A stretch of DNA of 64,000 nucleotides. It comes from Tubulanus polymorphus (taxonomy: Eukaryota > Animalia > Nemertea). This document shows positions 23,056-35,715 of this stretch, in pieces (the stretch's first letter is position 1; every line of letters begins with the position of its first letter). The translations under genes and the position numbers were made by a program. The notes below the pieces were generated by a model that saw only the letters and a program-made list of their open reading frames with translations, ran no database searches and had not been told where the DNA came from. The DNA is taken from positions 11,806,850 to 11,870,849 of the forward strand of contig NC_134029.1 of NCBI RefSeq assembly GCF_964204645.1, in the 5' to 3' direction.

Positions 23056-26000
23056 TTAATAACCATAAGGTAATGTTTTTATTCCATCACCCAAAATATA
23101 TCTTTTATCACCGAATGGATTTAAACTAGTTTTTTCAACTTCATTAATGTACATCTTGTGATCTTCTGATCTTAAACAATTCATTTTATGTTTCATTACA
23201 AATGAGTTATATAAACACTTTATATAATCTTGAAATTCTATATGTTTATCAACCACATGTTTTGTTATTCCATTTAACTTTTTAGCTTCATGATCTTTTG
23301 TTCTATAACTATACATTTTACTTCTTATCCCAACAAATTCAATCATTTCATCGCCCCCTAATTCATCTTTAAACTTGCCAGGAATCTTTTTACTATCGTT
23401 GCTAAATAGTTCATGATCTTTGGGATAATTGCTAAAATCAAAATGATGTTTTGATGTTTTTAAGTCTTTTGTTATGTCATTTGTCTTGATGTTTAGTATG
23501 TACGCATCAGTATTCCGGGCGATTAATGGAAATCCACAGTTAAATGTGCCATATTCAGTTGACAAATCATAAACATAATCTGATGGGTTATATATTTCGA
23601 ATAAATCTTTAAATTCTTCAGTTATTTCTTTTTCTGTATGCCTTAGATTAAAACAATTTGGCATAGATTTAATCAATCCAATATTCATATTAAAACCTAA
23701 TGAATTACATAAAGGATTCAATCCTGATATACCAACTTTTCCTTTTTGTACAAATGTTATTACTGGAGAACTCGTAAATTTTTTAGCACCATCAGCTGCG
23801 TAGAATCCAATGAAGAACCATTTTCTTAAATTATCTTTTGCATTTAATACATAATCTGGAACTATCTTTTCTTTTTTTGGAAGTATAACTTTTAACTATT
23901 GCATGAATATAGAATTCGTCATTATATTTTATAGCAAAATCTTTAGGGTTATTCACGAGTATTCTATAAACTGCTGATGATTTCACAACATCCATGATTC
24001 TAAATGTTTTATGTGAATAAACTTCTTCACAGTATTTCTTTATTCTTTCTAATAATTTCAAATCTTGATTACATAAATACCAACAATATTTATTGCCACT
24101 TACATAATTATACACACCTGCTGAACCATCACCCATGAAAAATCCTTTAATAAAATATTCTTTTTCTTCTAATGTTTCAGGTTCTATATTATAAGTATTA
24201 TCAATTATTTCATCAAATGACATATGATCCATTCTTTGGAAAAATCTTTTATGTAATAATTCATCTCCAATTTTTATATCAGTTGGTTTTATTTCATCAC
24301 CATTTCGTTTAATTAAACTATGATCTTCTGTAACATCTACAAACCCTAATTTAGTTCTAACTCTATAAATCTTTTTATTTGTTTTATGCCTAATTATATT
24401 CTTTAATTTTTTCCATCCATTTCTTGTCCAAACATCCATTAATCCATTTAATTGTATTAACTCTTTTTTACCATATAAAATATAAGATTTATTTTGTTTT
24501 GGAATTATTTCTGAAATTCTTCTTATCAATATTTTATCATTACATTTTAATAATTTTGGGGTGTCAGCTGTTACAGAATCAAAATATAAGATTACTATAT
24601 GTTTTTCCCTAAAAAGTGGTTGTAAAACATTATAATAAAATCATACATTAATAATTTTGATATTTCTAAAACAGTTGAACCAATGAATATAGGTTTATTA
24701 AATTTCATTGACGTTCTTTTTAATTTTACCGCGGTTAAATAATCTTCAAATCTTTTATTTCCTAAATGTCTAGGACTTGATTGTAAATGTCCTAATCGTT
24801 CAGAATTATCTACTAATTCAATATCATTTCTATTTCTAATATTTTCACATGTTTAACCATAAAAACTATTATTCATTAATTTGAAGAAATCTTTTTCAAA
24901 ATCTGTTTTTGATATGGTTCTCTGTTGAGTATTAAAATCTACATATTTTTCTAACCACTTCGATTGATTAAATTCAATATATCTATGTACTTTATTTGAT
25001 TTCATTCCTTGTTTTAGATAAAATTTTAACATTCTATAATGAACAATATAATTATATTTATCATTTTGTGTTAATATCAATTTTTTTGTAAAAACATGAT
25101 CTTTTGATTTTATTTTCTTCTGGTATTCACTTAAATAATTATCACCTACGGTTAAATGTTCTGGGCAATATGGTAAATTTCTTGTTTTAAACTTTATGTC
25201 ATCAGGATATTCTAAATCAAAAACAAAGAAATAACCAATCGGTGCTTCATCTTCTAAACTCATAATTGCGCTTTCCCAATTAGTTTTATCATCATTTTCA
25301 ACTTCTGTTAATATAAACTTTTTGTATGGTTGAGGTTGCATCATTGCCCAACCATATAAATTATTGGCGTCATTATATAATAATTTGTATTCATCATTTG
25401 CTTTAAAATACCTATCTCCCATAACACCACTAATTCCACCTCTAATTGATTTTTCAAATAATAAAACCATGTCTGGTTCTTTTAATAAATCTAATTCTAC
25501 ATTTGTATATTTCAAACCACATTGCCAAGTTAAACCAGGACTTGAATAACAATAACAGGGATCAACATTAAAATGATTCAAATTAACTTCTCTAAATTTT
25601 TCAAATATATCAGCCAATATCATAACATCTGATTTTAAGTATAAATCTACTAATTAACCATGATTTTTTATCTTAAAGTGATTCCAAATATTTAATGTTC
25701 TATTAAACACTTCATCTTTCACATACTCCTCTTTTAATTGATCATAAAATTGTTCTTTCAATAATTCTGTTACATTAAAATCATCATGTGTTTTATAAAA
25801 TGAATAAGGAATTGCGCCTTTATATCTCAATAATTTAAAATCTTGGTCATTTGGATAATATTGTCGAGTTATTATAAAATCATTATCAACTAAACGTTTT
25901 GCTAAATTATCTAATAAACTTGCTAGAAATCTATAAGAATCTAAAAATCTAATGCAACCAAATTGAAATAAAATATACTTTTCGGATGTCTTAGCTAATA

Positions 26001-28126
26001 GTTTAAAATCTTATTTTCTTACATTTGTACCATTCATAGCATTATATTCTTCTATTTCTTGATTAATTGCGCCCAATTTTCCCGATAATTGTTTTATAAA
26101 TAGATGGGTATCATAGCCCGATAAATTATGAAATAATTTTGGTACGAAATTAACTTTCTTAGCTTGTAAATTACAATCTTCATGAGCAGCTCCACGATAT
26201 TTTGAATTTAAATGATCATGATCTCTAACTTTTTCATCAAATGAATAAAAACGTTTTTCACAATAACAACAATGAATTGCATAATTAAAATCAATTTCAT
26301 CTTCTTTTGTCATAACTATTCTTTTATTTTTGTTTAATAATTTTGCAAAATCACTTTCTATTTCAATTATTTTGTTACAAAAATCATTAAACTCCATCTT
26401 CACCTCTAAGAGAAATATATTGACTTTCATATAATTCAGGATAATTTGATTTTATGTAAATTCCATAAGCAGCAGCTCTTTGATGAACTTTTTTAATTGT
26501 GTTTATAATTGGTGGATCTTGAATTATGTCTTCATTTAATTCATTTCCTTTATCCATTGATTTTAAAAATTGCTTTTTATTGTATATTTCTTTTCTATAT
26601 TGATCAGTTAATTCTTTATTCAACGATTCAAAATCCCCATAAATTACAAATGGAACAATATTTTTAAATTTATGATTAGTAAATTTCAACTTACAATCTT
26701 TTTTTGTTGGCATTATCAATTTACAAAAAATCTTTATTATCACATAATTCTTTATGTTTTAATAATGTATTCTCAGTCATAAATTTAGATAAACATTTTC
26801 TAAATAGATAAATTTTATGATGATGATCACTTTCTGTTCTAAAGAATAAATCAATTTGTTTTAACCACATATAATGTTCATTTTCATCTTTTTTGTAATG
26901 TAACAAATCTATAGCATTTTCATCATCATCATATTCTGTTAGATATAAAGCTTCTAATGTATAATCTTTAATATTTACACCTTTTGTCTTTGGTAATTGC
27001 ATTAATTCAAATACATTTATTTTTAAATTATTAACTTTTTCTATTTTAGGAATCATCTTTATAGTTACTGGATATTGATCAATTTTATATAATGTTTCAC
27101 ATTTCCGGTAATTTGTTATTCTAAATCTATGCGTAATATTTTCTGTTGGGTGTAAGCAACTAATAATTGACCATAGCAAACATGTATTATCTTCATTTTG
27201 AACATTTATTACTGCTTTTGTTGTAAATGGTAATTTGATATAACTTGATGCTTTAATATCCTTTTCTGTTGTAAAGTTTGAATCATTTTTAAACATTGTT
27301 TTACTTTTTGATGTTTTATTCATTTTTGTATTATAAACATTTAAATCTAAAAATATAATTTCATTCAATGTTAAACCAGAACCCTCAAAATATCTTTCTT
27401 CAATATGACGTTTAAATTCTTAAAATATTTTTTCTAACTTTTCGTTTATTTGTGTTTTTGAAATTATTTCTTCAGAGAGTGTTTGAATATTATAATCCAT
27501 TTTCTCTTCTGACTTTAAAAAACTTACTTTCCCAGAGATACTTATACAGAGATATTAATTAACATCTGTTATCAAATCTAGTATTTTTCCATTATTTCAT
27601 TAAATTTACTATAATCTTTTATTGTTGTACCTTTAAAAAATCTAAATATAATGGCTGCAGGACCAATTTTACTATGTAATGTTTCTAAAATTTCAATTGT
27701 ATCTTTTATTTCTAGTGAATCGATATAATTTCTAACATTTTCCATGTAAGGTTTATTTGAAATGGATTTAGTTTTTGAAGTTGGTTTTTTTACTTGTTGA
27801 GGTTTATCATCGAAATAATCTATTCCTAAAACATTATTACTCAAATTTTGATGGTGTTTTTGTGATTTGATATGTCTTTTATAATTCCTTTTTACTATAA
27901 ATTCATTACAAACTTCACATTTTATTTCATCCACATTCATATCATCTAATCGTTCTTTTCTTTCATTGGAATTTTCTGAAGTTTCAAAATCTATAACATT
28001 TTTTATATGATTTACGGTTTTTTCATGGTGTGTTTTATTAGATTTATCTATGGATTTTTTACAATATGGTCAATAATATTGGTTTTTAGCATCAATTTGT
28101 TCTGTATGTTGTTCACTCTCTCCCAT
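23056..28126 (-). pseudogene. Protein-primed family B DNA polymerase (pPolB) with N-terminal Zn fingers, an endonuclease VII-like insert and an intein; several stops and frameshifts
   Basis: ExoI IYGDFES, VRDHDH...YRGAAHEDCNL, ExoII FHNLSGYD, ExoIII YLKSDV, motif A DANNLYGWAM, motif B KLMNNSFYG*, motif C YFD|TDA, C-terminal GKFKDE, KMYSY, DKRYIL...TLPYGY. Confidence 0.95.
23512..24577 (-). mobile_element. Intein with LAGLIDADG homing endonuclease at the Pol-c site of pPolB
   Basis: Block A SVTADTPKLL, block B VDVTEDHSLI, LAGLIDADG motifs FIKGFFMGDG and FFIGFYAADG, block F YVYDLST, terminal N followed by +1 Thr. One frameshift at the homopolymer near 23875. Confidence 0.92.
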
Positions 28127-28133
28127 TTATAAG

Positions 28134-28202
28134 AAAAAAAATTACTTGTGGTGATGAGAGGTGTCTCGTACTCAGGTCTGAAAGCCCACTTTTCCAATTA
28201 CT
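28134..28202 (-). repeat. Right TIR of Polinton 1
   Basis: Reverse complement agtaattggaaaagtgggctttcagacctgagtacgagacacctctcatcaccacaagtaattttttt. Confidence 0.9.
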
Positions 28203-28354
28203 GACACGACTGTCACAACCGACCTACGCGCTCTTGCGACTGGCAGAAACTAGTTGCACACAATCGTATCGCAACCGACTTGCACCGAAACTTGCGATGC
28301 AACGCGAGGATCGCATCGCGTCACAAGGCCGACCTACGTCCGGCTTTAAGTTAC

Positions 28355-28930
28355 TGCGGAGCCCCAGAAATATCTTTTTTTTCGTTCAAAAAACCTTTCG
28401 CTTGAAAATTCTTTCACAACAAAATCTATTTCGTTCCAACCAATAATATTCTTTTCGATTGAACAAATTTCAAAAATCGTTTGAACAAAGTTGAACAAAC
28501 TTTTTATTTCCAAACGAAAGGTTTTTCGTTCGAACAATCGTTGATCGAACAGAATCGTATTAATTTGAACAGAATTTTCTTGTCAGAACATTAAGTTTTT
28601 CGTAACAAGTATATTGTAAAAAGTTTTTTCTCCGAACCAAAAGTATTAAGTATTTTGTTCAATCGAACAGAATTGTTTTCATTCACAACATTCGTTCGAA
28701 AAAAATTGTTTTCGCTCAACCAAATTTTTTGCCGGGACAAAAAGTTTTTCATTTCAACAATAACATAGGTTTTCATTCGAACACATTTTTTTGTCAGAAT
28801 GAAGAAAGATTTGGTTCAAAAAAGCGTATTATTCAACCAAACTGAATTGTTTTCACTCGAATACGATTTTCTTGTCGGAACATTAAGGTTTTTGGTCGAA
28901 CAGCGTGTTAAGTTCGTTTTGGAAATTTTC
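28355..28930. repeat. Degenerate short-unit tandem array (ttcgaaca-like)
   Basis: Recurrent tcgaaca / gttcga / ttttgtcagaac motifs. Confidence 0.5.
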
Positions 28931-29358
28931 TCGGTCTGGTATATTTTGGATTACTGTGTATGTAATTTGTCAGGACATTAAACAGAAGACGACTTAGGAT
29001 ACTACCGTTCCGTTGATTTCGGCTACAAGCTTTCGTTCAGAGATAACTGCTGAGCCATTTGGGCGACCTATCATTGATACTGTTTCCTAATAGCCTGTTA
29101 AGTTAGTAATGGCTGATGTTGTGCCTTATCAAATGCTGTGTCGAAATCCACTGTTGAACAGGATTCTAAGACTGTGCAGAAAACCCGTTATCGCTGCTTT
29201 GCAGCTATATTGAAATCTATTATTTCTTTTCAAAGGAGAATACATTATATTTTGAATAGATTTGAATAAAAAAACTATAACTTCAACTAGCTAGTATTTA
29301 AAATTCTTAACTTTAACTAGCTAGAATACTTATATTTTTTTCGCTTTTTCTAATATAA

Positions 29359-29934
29359 ATGTCAAAGAAATCTGATAAAAATAATACCGATATTGAAAAG
29401 ACAATTGATGATTTAGGTATTACAGATAATAATGATACAGTTATTTCTAATTGTGCTCAAAATAATTATAATATTGATTTTGAATACTATTTAACATGTA
29501 AGCACCATCTTGAGTTACTAATTGCTAGCGGCAAATGTAATGAGCTTATTGGCAAAATTATAACTTTTCAAGAACTAGATGCCATGAAACCAGATAAAGT
29601 AATAAAACATTTCAAAATATATGAAGAAGCTAGATTAGCTAGAATAAATGACTCTATAAGTGATGGAATAGTTAAATGTTACTCTAAATTATGTAACCGG
29701 ATTATACCAATTGATGATGAAAATAAATTATATACTGATTTAAAAAATGATTACTTAGTTATGACAGAACTACAGAAATGGGTCGGGTACGCTTCATTTC
29801 AATTAGGAGGAATAATGACATTGATTTCTACTGGCGTAATAACATTTTCTAACATCAGACCTATAGAATATAAAGATAAAAGTAAATCAGAAGATATTGA
29901 ATTAGAACAAAAATTAACTAAAATAAATGAGTGA
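29359..29934 (+). CDS. Conserved Polinton hypothetical protein
   Basis: Open 191-aa ORF, TAAATG start, homolog at 12602-13090. Confidence 0.75.
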   Translation: MSKKSDKNNTDIEKTIDDLGITDNNDTVISNCAQNNYNIDFEYYLTCKHHLELLIASGKCNELIGKIITFQELDAMKPDKVIKHFKIYEEARLARINDSISDGIVKCYSKLCNRIIPIDDENKLYTDLKNDYLVMTELQKWVGYASFQLGGIMTLISTGVITFSNIRPIEYKDKSKSEDIELEQKLTKINE

Positions 29935-30285
29935 TGATATTAAGAAGAAACCTAGATCCGAAAAACAAATTAAATGGGCTAGGGAATTAGGTAAAAGATC
30001 TTCAGAATTAAAAAGAGCTAAGAAAAAGAAATTAAATGATATAAATGAATCACAGAAATTATCTGATATTAATTCAAATGATAATCCATCTGATTATTCT
30101 AATGCTGGAAGTAATAATAAATTATATATAACAATTGGATTAGTAGCAGTTATTATATTCTCTGGTGTAATATATAAATTTGAATTTAATAACAATAATG
30201 ATTCCGATGATAAACCTATTATACCAGAAAATAAGTCAAATGATAAAACCATTGAAAATAAACCAAGATTATTATTAATGGATAA
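29927..30285 (+). CDS. Small membrane-anchored protein (stop lost, reads through into the integrase)
   Basis: KKPRSEKQIKWARELG...LYITIGLVAVIIFSGVIY...LLMD; the homolog ends MD*. Confidence 0.55.
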
Positions 30286-30292
30286 AAATAAG

Positions 30293-31375
30293 ATGAAAAT
30301 GGAACAATATTTAAGAGATTTATATTATAACCCAGAGAGTGAAGTATCATATTCAAGTGTTTCAGAATTATGGGATAAAATTAAATCTGATAAAGAAAAT
30401 ATAAAATATAGTGAATTAAGATTATGGTTAAAAAATCAACCAACATATCAAATCCATAAGAAAATGGATAAAAATTATTTAACGAGAAAAGTTATGGTTT
30501 CATATATCGATCAACAATGGCAAGCAGATTTAATAGACATGAAGAACTTAGAGGAACACAACAAAGGATATTTCTGGATATTAAATGTTATAGATATATT
30601 CAGTAGATACGCATGGAGTATTCCAATCAAAAATAAAACTGGTATAGAAATTACTAATGCCTTTAAATCAATATTTAAAGAAGCTATTCCAGGTAAGATA
30701 CAATTCGATGAAGGTAAGGAATTCTATAATAAACATTTTAAAAGATTATTATCTGATAACAGTATAGAATATTTTTCAACGCATTCAGATAAAAAAGCAT
30801 CTATTACGGAAAGGTTTAATAAAACATTGAAATCTAGAATGTGGAAATATTTTACAGCTAATGAAACATATGAATATATCGATGTGTTAGATTATTTAGT
30901 GAAAGGTTATTATAATTCTTAACATAGTTCTATAAATATGAAACCTATACAAGCTAGAAAAGAAGATAATTCAGAAATAGTTTGGAATAATTTATATGGA
31001 GCATTTGTTACACATGATTTCGGAGAACCTAAATTTAAGATAGGACAACATGTGAGAATATCTAAATATAGAAAAACGTTATATAAAGGTAATACAAATT
31101 TTAGTGAAGAAATATTCAAAATTAAAAAGATAATACTTACTAAACCATTTGTTTATAAATTAGAAGATTTAAAAGATGAAGAAATATTAGGTTATTTTTA
31201 TGAACAAGAATTATCACTTGTACCAAATCCAGATGAAATAGAATACAAAATACAAAAAGTATTAAAAACAAAAACTCTTAAAGGAAAAAAGTATTCTTTA
31301 GTGAAATATAAAGGGTATGATGATAAATTTAATGAATGGATTTTATCTAGTAAAATTAAAAGAATAAATGAATGA
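30293..31375 (+). pseudogene. rve integrase with C-terminal chromodomain; one in-frame stop at 30920
   Basis: WQADLIDM, IDIFSRYAW, QFDEGKEF, ERFNKTLK, EYKIQKVLKTK...LVKYKGYDDKFNEWI. Confidence 0.9.
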
Positions 31376-31976
31376 AGATTTATTTATATTTGAACCGCAT
31401 AATATGTTAGTTACTGGCGTAACCAACTGTGGTAAAACACATTTCATATTAGATTTATTGGAAACTATTTATAAGAATCATTTTGATAATATAATATTAT
31501 TCTGCCCTACTAATGAAATGAATAAAACATATAATAGAGATATAGTTAAGATAAAAAAGTTTATTATATTAGATCCTAAAACAGTGAAAGAAAATTTAGA
31601 TAATTGTATTAAAATAGCAATCGATATTTATAAAGGACCAAATACATTATTTATTATAGATGATTGTGCTAATTTACATGATTCAAAAATTAGAGCAAGT
31701 GAGTTATGCTATTTAGCTTTCTCTGGGAGACATTTTGGGATAACAACATGGGTTTTAAATCAAAAATATAATTCAATTGTTAAAGATTTTAGAGAAAACA
31801 TTAAATTTTTAGTTTTATTCTACAATAAAGAAAGAAAAATGCAACAATCATTGGAAGAAAATCAAATTATACCTACTGAATTACATGATGAATATATGAA
31901 TAAATTAAAAAGTAATAAAGGTTCAAAATTATTACTGAGGCTTCAATATCCATATGAATATAAATTTATAAAATAA
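31368..31976 (+). CDS. A32/FtsK-like genome packaging ATPase
   Basis: Open 202-aa ORF: Walker A GVTNCGKT, Walker B FIIDD, GRH and hhhhQ motifs. Confidence 0.9.
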   Translation: MNEDLFIFEPHNMLVTGVTNCGKTHFILDLLETIYKNHFDNIILFCPTNEMNKTYNRDIVKIKKFIILDPKTVKENLDNCIKIAIDIYKGPNTLFIIDDCANLHDSKIRASELCYLAFSGRHFGITTWVLNQKYNSIVKDFRENIKFLVLFYNKERKMQQSLEENQIIPTELHDEYMNKLKSNKGSKLLLRLQYPYEYKFIK

Positions 31977-32104
31977 CTATTTATATATCTAAGTACTAGA
32001 CATATGAGTAAGAAACCAAGATTCTTGCTAAGAAAGTAAGAAAGTAAGAATTCTTGGATTCTTACTCATACGTCTAGTATATAGATATATAAATTAGTTT
32101 TTAT
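31975..32104. repeat. About 125-bp imperfect palindrome right after the ATPase stop; a second copy is at 32450-32470 plus 35612-35708
   Basis: tatatctaagtactagacatatgagtaaga...tcttactcatacgtctagtatatagatata. Confidence 0.75.
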
Positions 32105-32183
32105 ACAAATTATTAAATGAAATATATAATAATGAATAAATTATATATTAAAACTATGTTTATAATTTATGTTTTCACAGGGG

Positions 32184-32307
<124 letters not shown>

Positions 32308-32470
32308 ATTTATAATAATTACGAATATAAATTATTAAATGAAATATATAAAAATGAATAAATTATATGTTTTCACTCAATAGAAATAAAAATAGATTAT
32401 GTTATAACTATTTCTATACTTCAATTAATAATTTATATTTTTAATTTTTATAAAAACTAATTTATATATG

Positions 32471-35400
32471 TGAAAGGCTGAATCCAAAAACATGTCTATC
32501 GCACTTTTGAGCCCAAACGTCTACTTTTACTTAGTAGCCACTTGAGATCAATAAGCAATTAACGATATCGGCTACTTTTCCAGTAGTATACATTTCAAAA
32601 CAGTCACTCTGGAATAGTATTCCTTTCAATTCGGTTGGTTTTCTATAGTGGCTGTTTCGAAGAGTCTACTATTGAAAAGTGACCATTTTGAAACATCTGG
32701 TTTTGATAGTGCACACTAGCAGTAGAGATGACTGTAAAACCACCTGCCTGTTAACAGTGACTTAGTGATAGTAACTCCTACCATAGCAGCTACTCTCAAA
32801 ACACATCGTTTCTAAAAGTCAACTATTGTAAAGTGACCATTTTGAGATGGCGTGGTTATTTCCTGTTCAAAATAACCACATCTGTTAAAGATTTGCAGTG
32901 ATACGTGACAGGTTCAAAGGTACTGTTAAACCCTATATGCTTTGTATTCAGAACTCTGTATGATTTGAATACAGTTCTGTGAATAGAAAATCAAAGTTTC
33001 TCAGATGCTAAGAATCCCCTAAATTATATTACGCTCAACAAAATGGAAAACTATTCATTCATATAACATCATCATGGATTAAATCCATTAATACTAAAAT
33101 ATGGTGCCAGTCCTAGAATTCTTAGAATTTTAAGATTTTTGTTTTACATTTGCGATTATAAAACATTCTGGTAGACAAAAAAATAAATTTGTCTATTAGG
33201 CTTAATTTGTTTTTAAGGGTATATGAGAGAGGAATATACAAATAAAATCATATGTTCAAAAAAATGAATTACGAAAAAAATGTATCTAAAATACTTAGAA
33301 TTAACCTTGAATTTATTGTTTATTTCGAAACAAACGATTTTTAAGTAATCCATGTGATGTTCACTTTGTCACGCTGTTCTCTGCTCGTTCGTTAATGAAT
33401 ATTGAATCGTTTTATCGCTCGCAAGAAGTGATACCATAATCAAAATCTTATTTCGTAGTAATACAGTTTGGTTGATTTGAAATTACCAACTTATTATAAA
33501 AGATCAAACAATTAGCATATAAAAGTGTAGTGTTGAGATGTTCACGTAATTTTGAAGTCAGCAATTTCATTTGATAGAGAAAACTTCTTTTGGCTTAAGA
33601 TGTGAAAGAAATGCGATAGGCTGTAATTCTAGTTTCACATACTTTCCTACTTTGTTAAGTAAATTGTTTATATAGGTTATCAAAAACCCAGCAGCAGCTA
33701 TCGGTCAGCAGGTCAATTACACTGGCTAACTAGACAGTGATTGATGAACGAATGAACAAACTGCATTGGCCACCAAAAGACCACAAACCAGCACCGCAAT
33801 ATCTCTATGAAACTTTATTTCAAGGTGCCAATATAATAACATGCCAAAATGTACGGTGTTTGAACTTCGCTGAATCGATGAACCAATGAATGGCTGAATT
33901 ATAAGATAACTATCAGTTTTCTCCTACTAAACTCTTGTTCTCAAATTATCGTAAACCAACGTTACCAATACTTGAATTTGGAAGTGAATGCGGGCTAGAA
34001 CCAACAAAGGTACCGGTTTAAGGTGCAGATATACAGGGAATCCCTCTCATAGCGACCAACACGGTTGTATATCCCTTCTTTGCCGATTAGTAAATAATTT
34101 TCGATCTAAACGACTACAGGACCCGAAGAAGTCGAATAAAATACTCTAAACCTTGTTAACTGTAGATAAATGAAATTCCACAATAGAATTTTGTATCATG
34201 AAATTTATTATAGTTAAACCACAACGTTTCAGCTGTTGACTGACAGCCATCTGACTAAAAGCCCTTATCTCTAAGAATGTCTACATTCCACCTGATGATG
34301 GCTGTTAGCTGTAGATAAATGAAGAAATTCCACAATTGAATTTTGTATCATGAAATTTATTATAGTTAAACCACAACGTTTCAGCTGTTGACTGACAGCC
34401 ATCTGACTAAAAGCCCTTATCACTAGGAATGTCTACATTCCACCTGATGATGGCTGTTAGTCTACAGTCAAAACGTTGCGGTTTCACCTTAACAAATTTT
34501 ATCATATTTAAGATTATATTACGGGATTTCTTCATTCATGACCCCAGGGACGATCACCAAAGGCCGTTACCGTAATCCAAATGAAATCTTGAATACCATA
34601 CAAAGTTTCTTCTATTAAATTCGATCAAATATGGGCACAATTTGATGATTTCTTTAGAATGTTAAAAGTCCACATGGATAAAGCATGTTTGAAAAAAATC
34701 AATGATTTCGCGAAATTAGAATTCAGGGAAATTCGAACACTCCGAAATGCACATCTTAATTTAAGATGCAAAGACGTCCAGGCCCCCGTTGAAAATAAAC
34801 CACCATTTCAATAATGAGAGGTTAGCCTGAATTTATGATTGCGCTTTTAATCTAAGAATTTAAATCAAAAATTAATGCAGACCTATGCTTGAAAATAGCT
34901 GCATTTGTTCAAATTGAATTCTTTATTCAATTATATCGCCATGAAAAGAAGGAAATTTTGATTTATCTTAAAAACTACATAACTATTGACAATTTGTAAA
35001 CAAATTTAACTCCAATCTCGACTTTTATTGGTTAGAGCTGGGAATCGCTCATTAAATTTCACATCCTCAAAGAGTATCTACAATATCTTCTTATCTCAGC
35101 TGAGTCACTCTAAATAGAACTATACCCCAAACTATAGCGTGAGTAGAGTTTTCCGTATATTTATATTGTCACGTATCACTGCAAATCTGAAGCATATGTT
35201 GCTACAGTGTATTTATAACAGGGAATCTGGCAAGCGATCTCAAAATGGTCACTTTTCAATAGTTGACTTTTAGAAACGATGTGTTTTGAGAGTAGCTGCT
35301 ATGGTAGGAGTTACTATCACAAAGTCACTGTTAACGGGCGGGTGGTTTTACAGTCACCTCAACTGCTAGTGTGGACTATCAAAACCAGATGTTTCAAAAT

Positions 35401-35609
35401 GGTCACTTTTCAATAGTAGACTCTTCGAAACAGCTACTATAGAAAACCAATTGAAAGGAATACTATCCCAGAGTGACTGTTTTGAAATGTATACTACTGG
35501 AAAAGTAGCCGATATCGTTAATTGCTTATTGTTCTCAAGTGGCTACTAAGTAAAAGTAGACGTTTGGGCTCAAAAGTGGGATAGACATGTTCTTGGATTC
35601 AGCCTTTCA
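32471..35609. mobile_element. About 3.1-kb non-coding long-TIR DNA transposon, copy 2 (opposite orientation)
   Basis: Same ends as 14506-17484, TG duplicated on both sides, interior is the reverse complement of copy 1, with an about 150-bp tandem duplication at 34160-34460. Confidence 0.85.
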
Positions 35610-35715
35610 TGTATGTACTAGACGTATGAGTAAGAAAGTAAGAATTCTTACTTTCTTGGATTCTTGGATTCTTACGTACGTCTAGTACATAGATATAAAA
35701 ATAGTTTTACAATAA

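Larger units (their letters stand above)
11679..28202. mobile_element. Complete but decayed Polinton/Maverick (adintovirus-like) element, about 13.5 kb without its nested insertion
   Basis: TIRs 11679-11753 and 28134-28202, TSD GACACG at 11673-11678 and 28203-28208, and pPolB, integrase, ATPase, MCP and minor capsid genes. Confidence 0.95.
11498..28345. mobile_element. About 320-bp PIF/Harbinger-like MITE split by the Polinton (halves 11498-11678 and 28209-28345)
   Basis: Ends aggcgggcgtaggtcggc / gccgacctacgtccggct, flanked by TTA on both sides. Both halves share cgacctacgc/tgcgac motifs. Confidence 0.6.

Noticed and set aside
11679-28202. Idea that the viral segment is contaminant or free virus
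   Set aside because: It has a TSD, splits a host MITE, contains nested host TEs and has accumulated stops and frameshifts, as expected for a germline insertion.
29927-30922. Apparent 331-aa membrane protein-integrase fusion
   Set aside because: The homolog in Polinton 1 ends atggattaa (MD*) and its integrase is a separate gene; atggataaaaataagatg looks like a mutated stop plus a mutated TAAATG.
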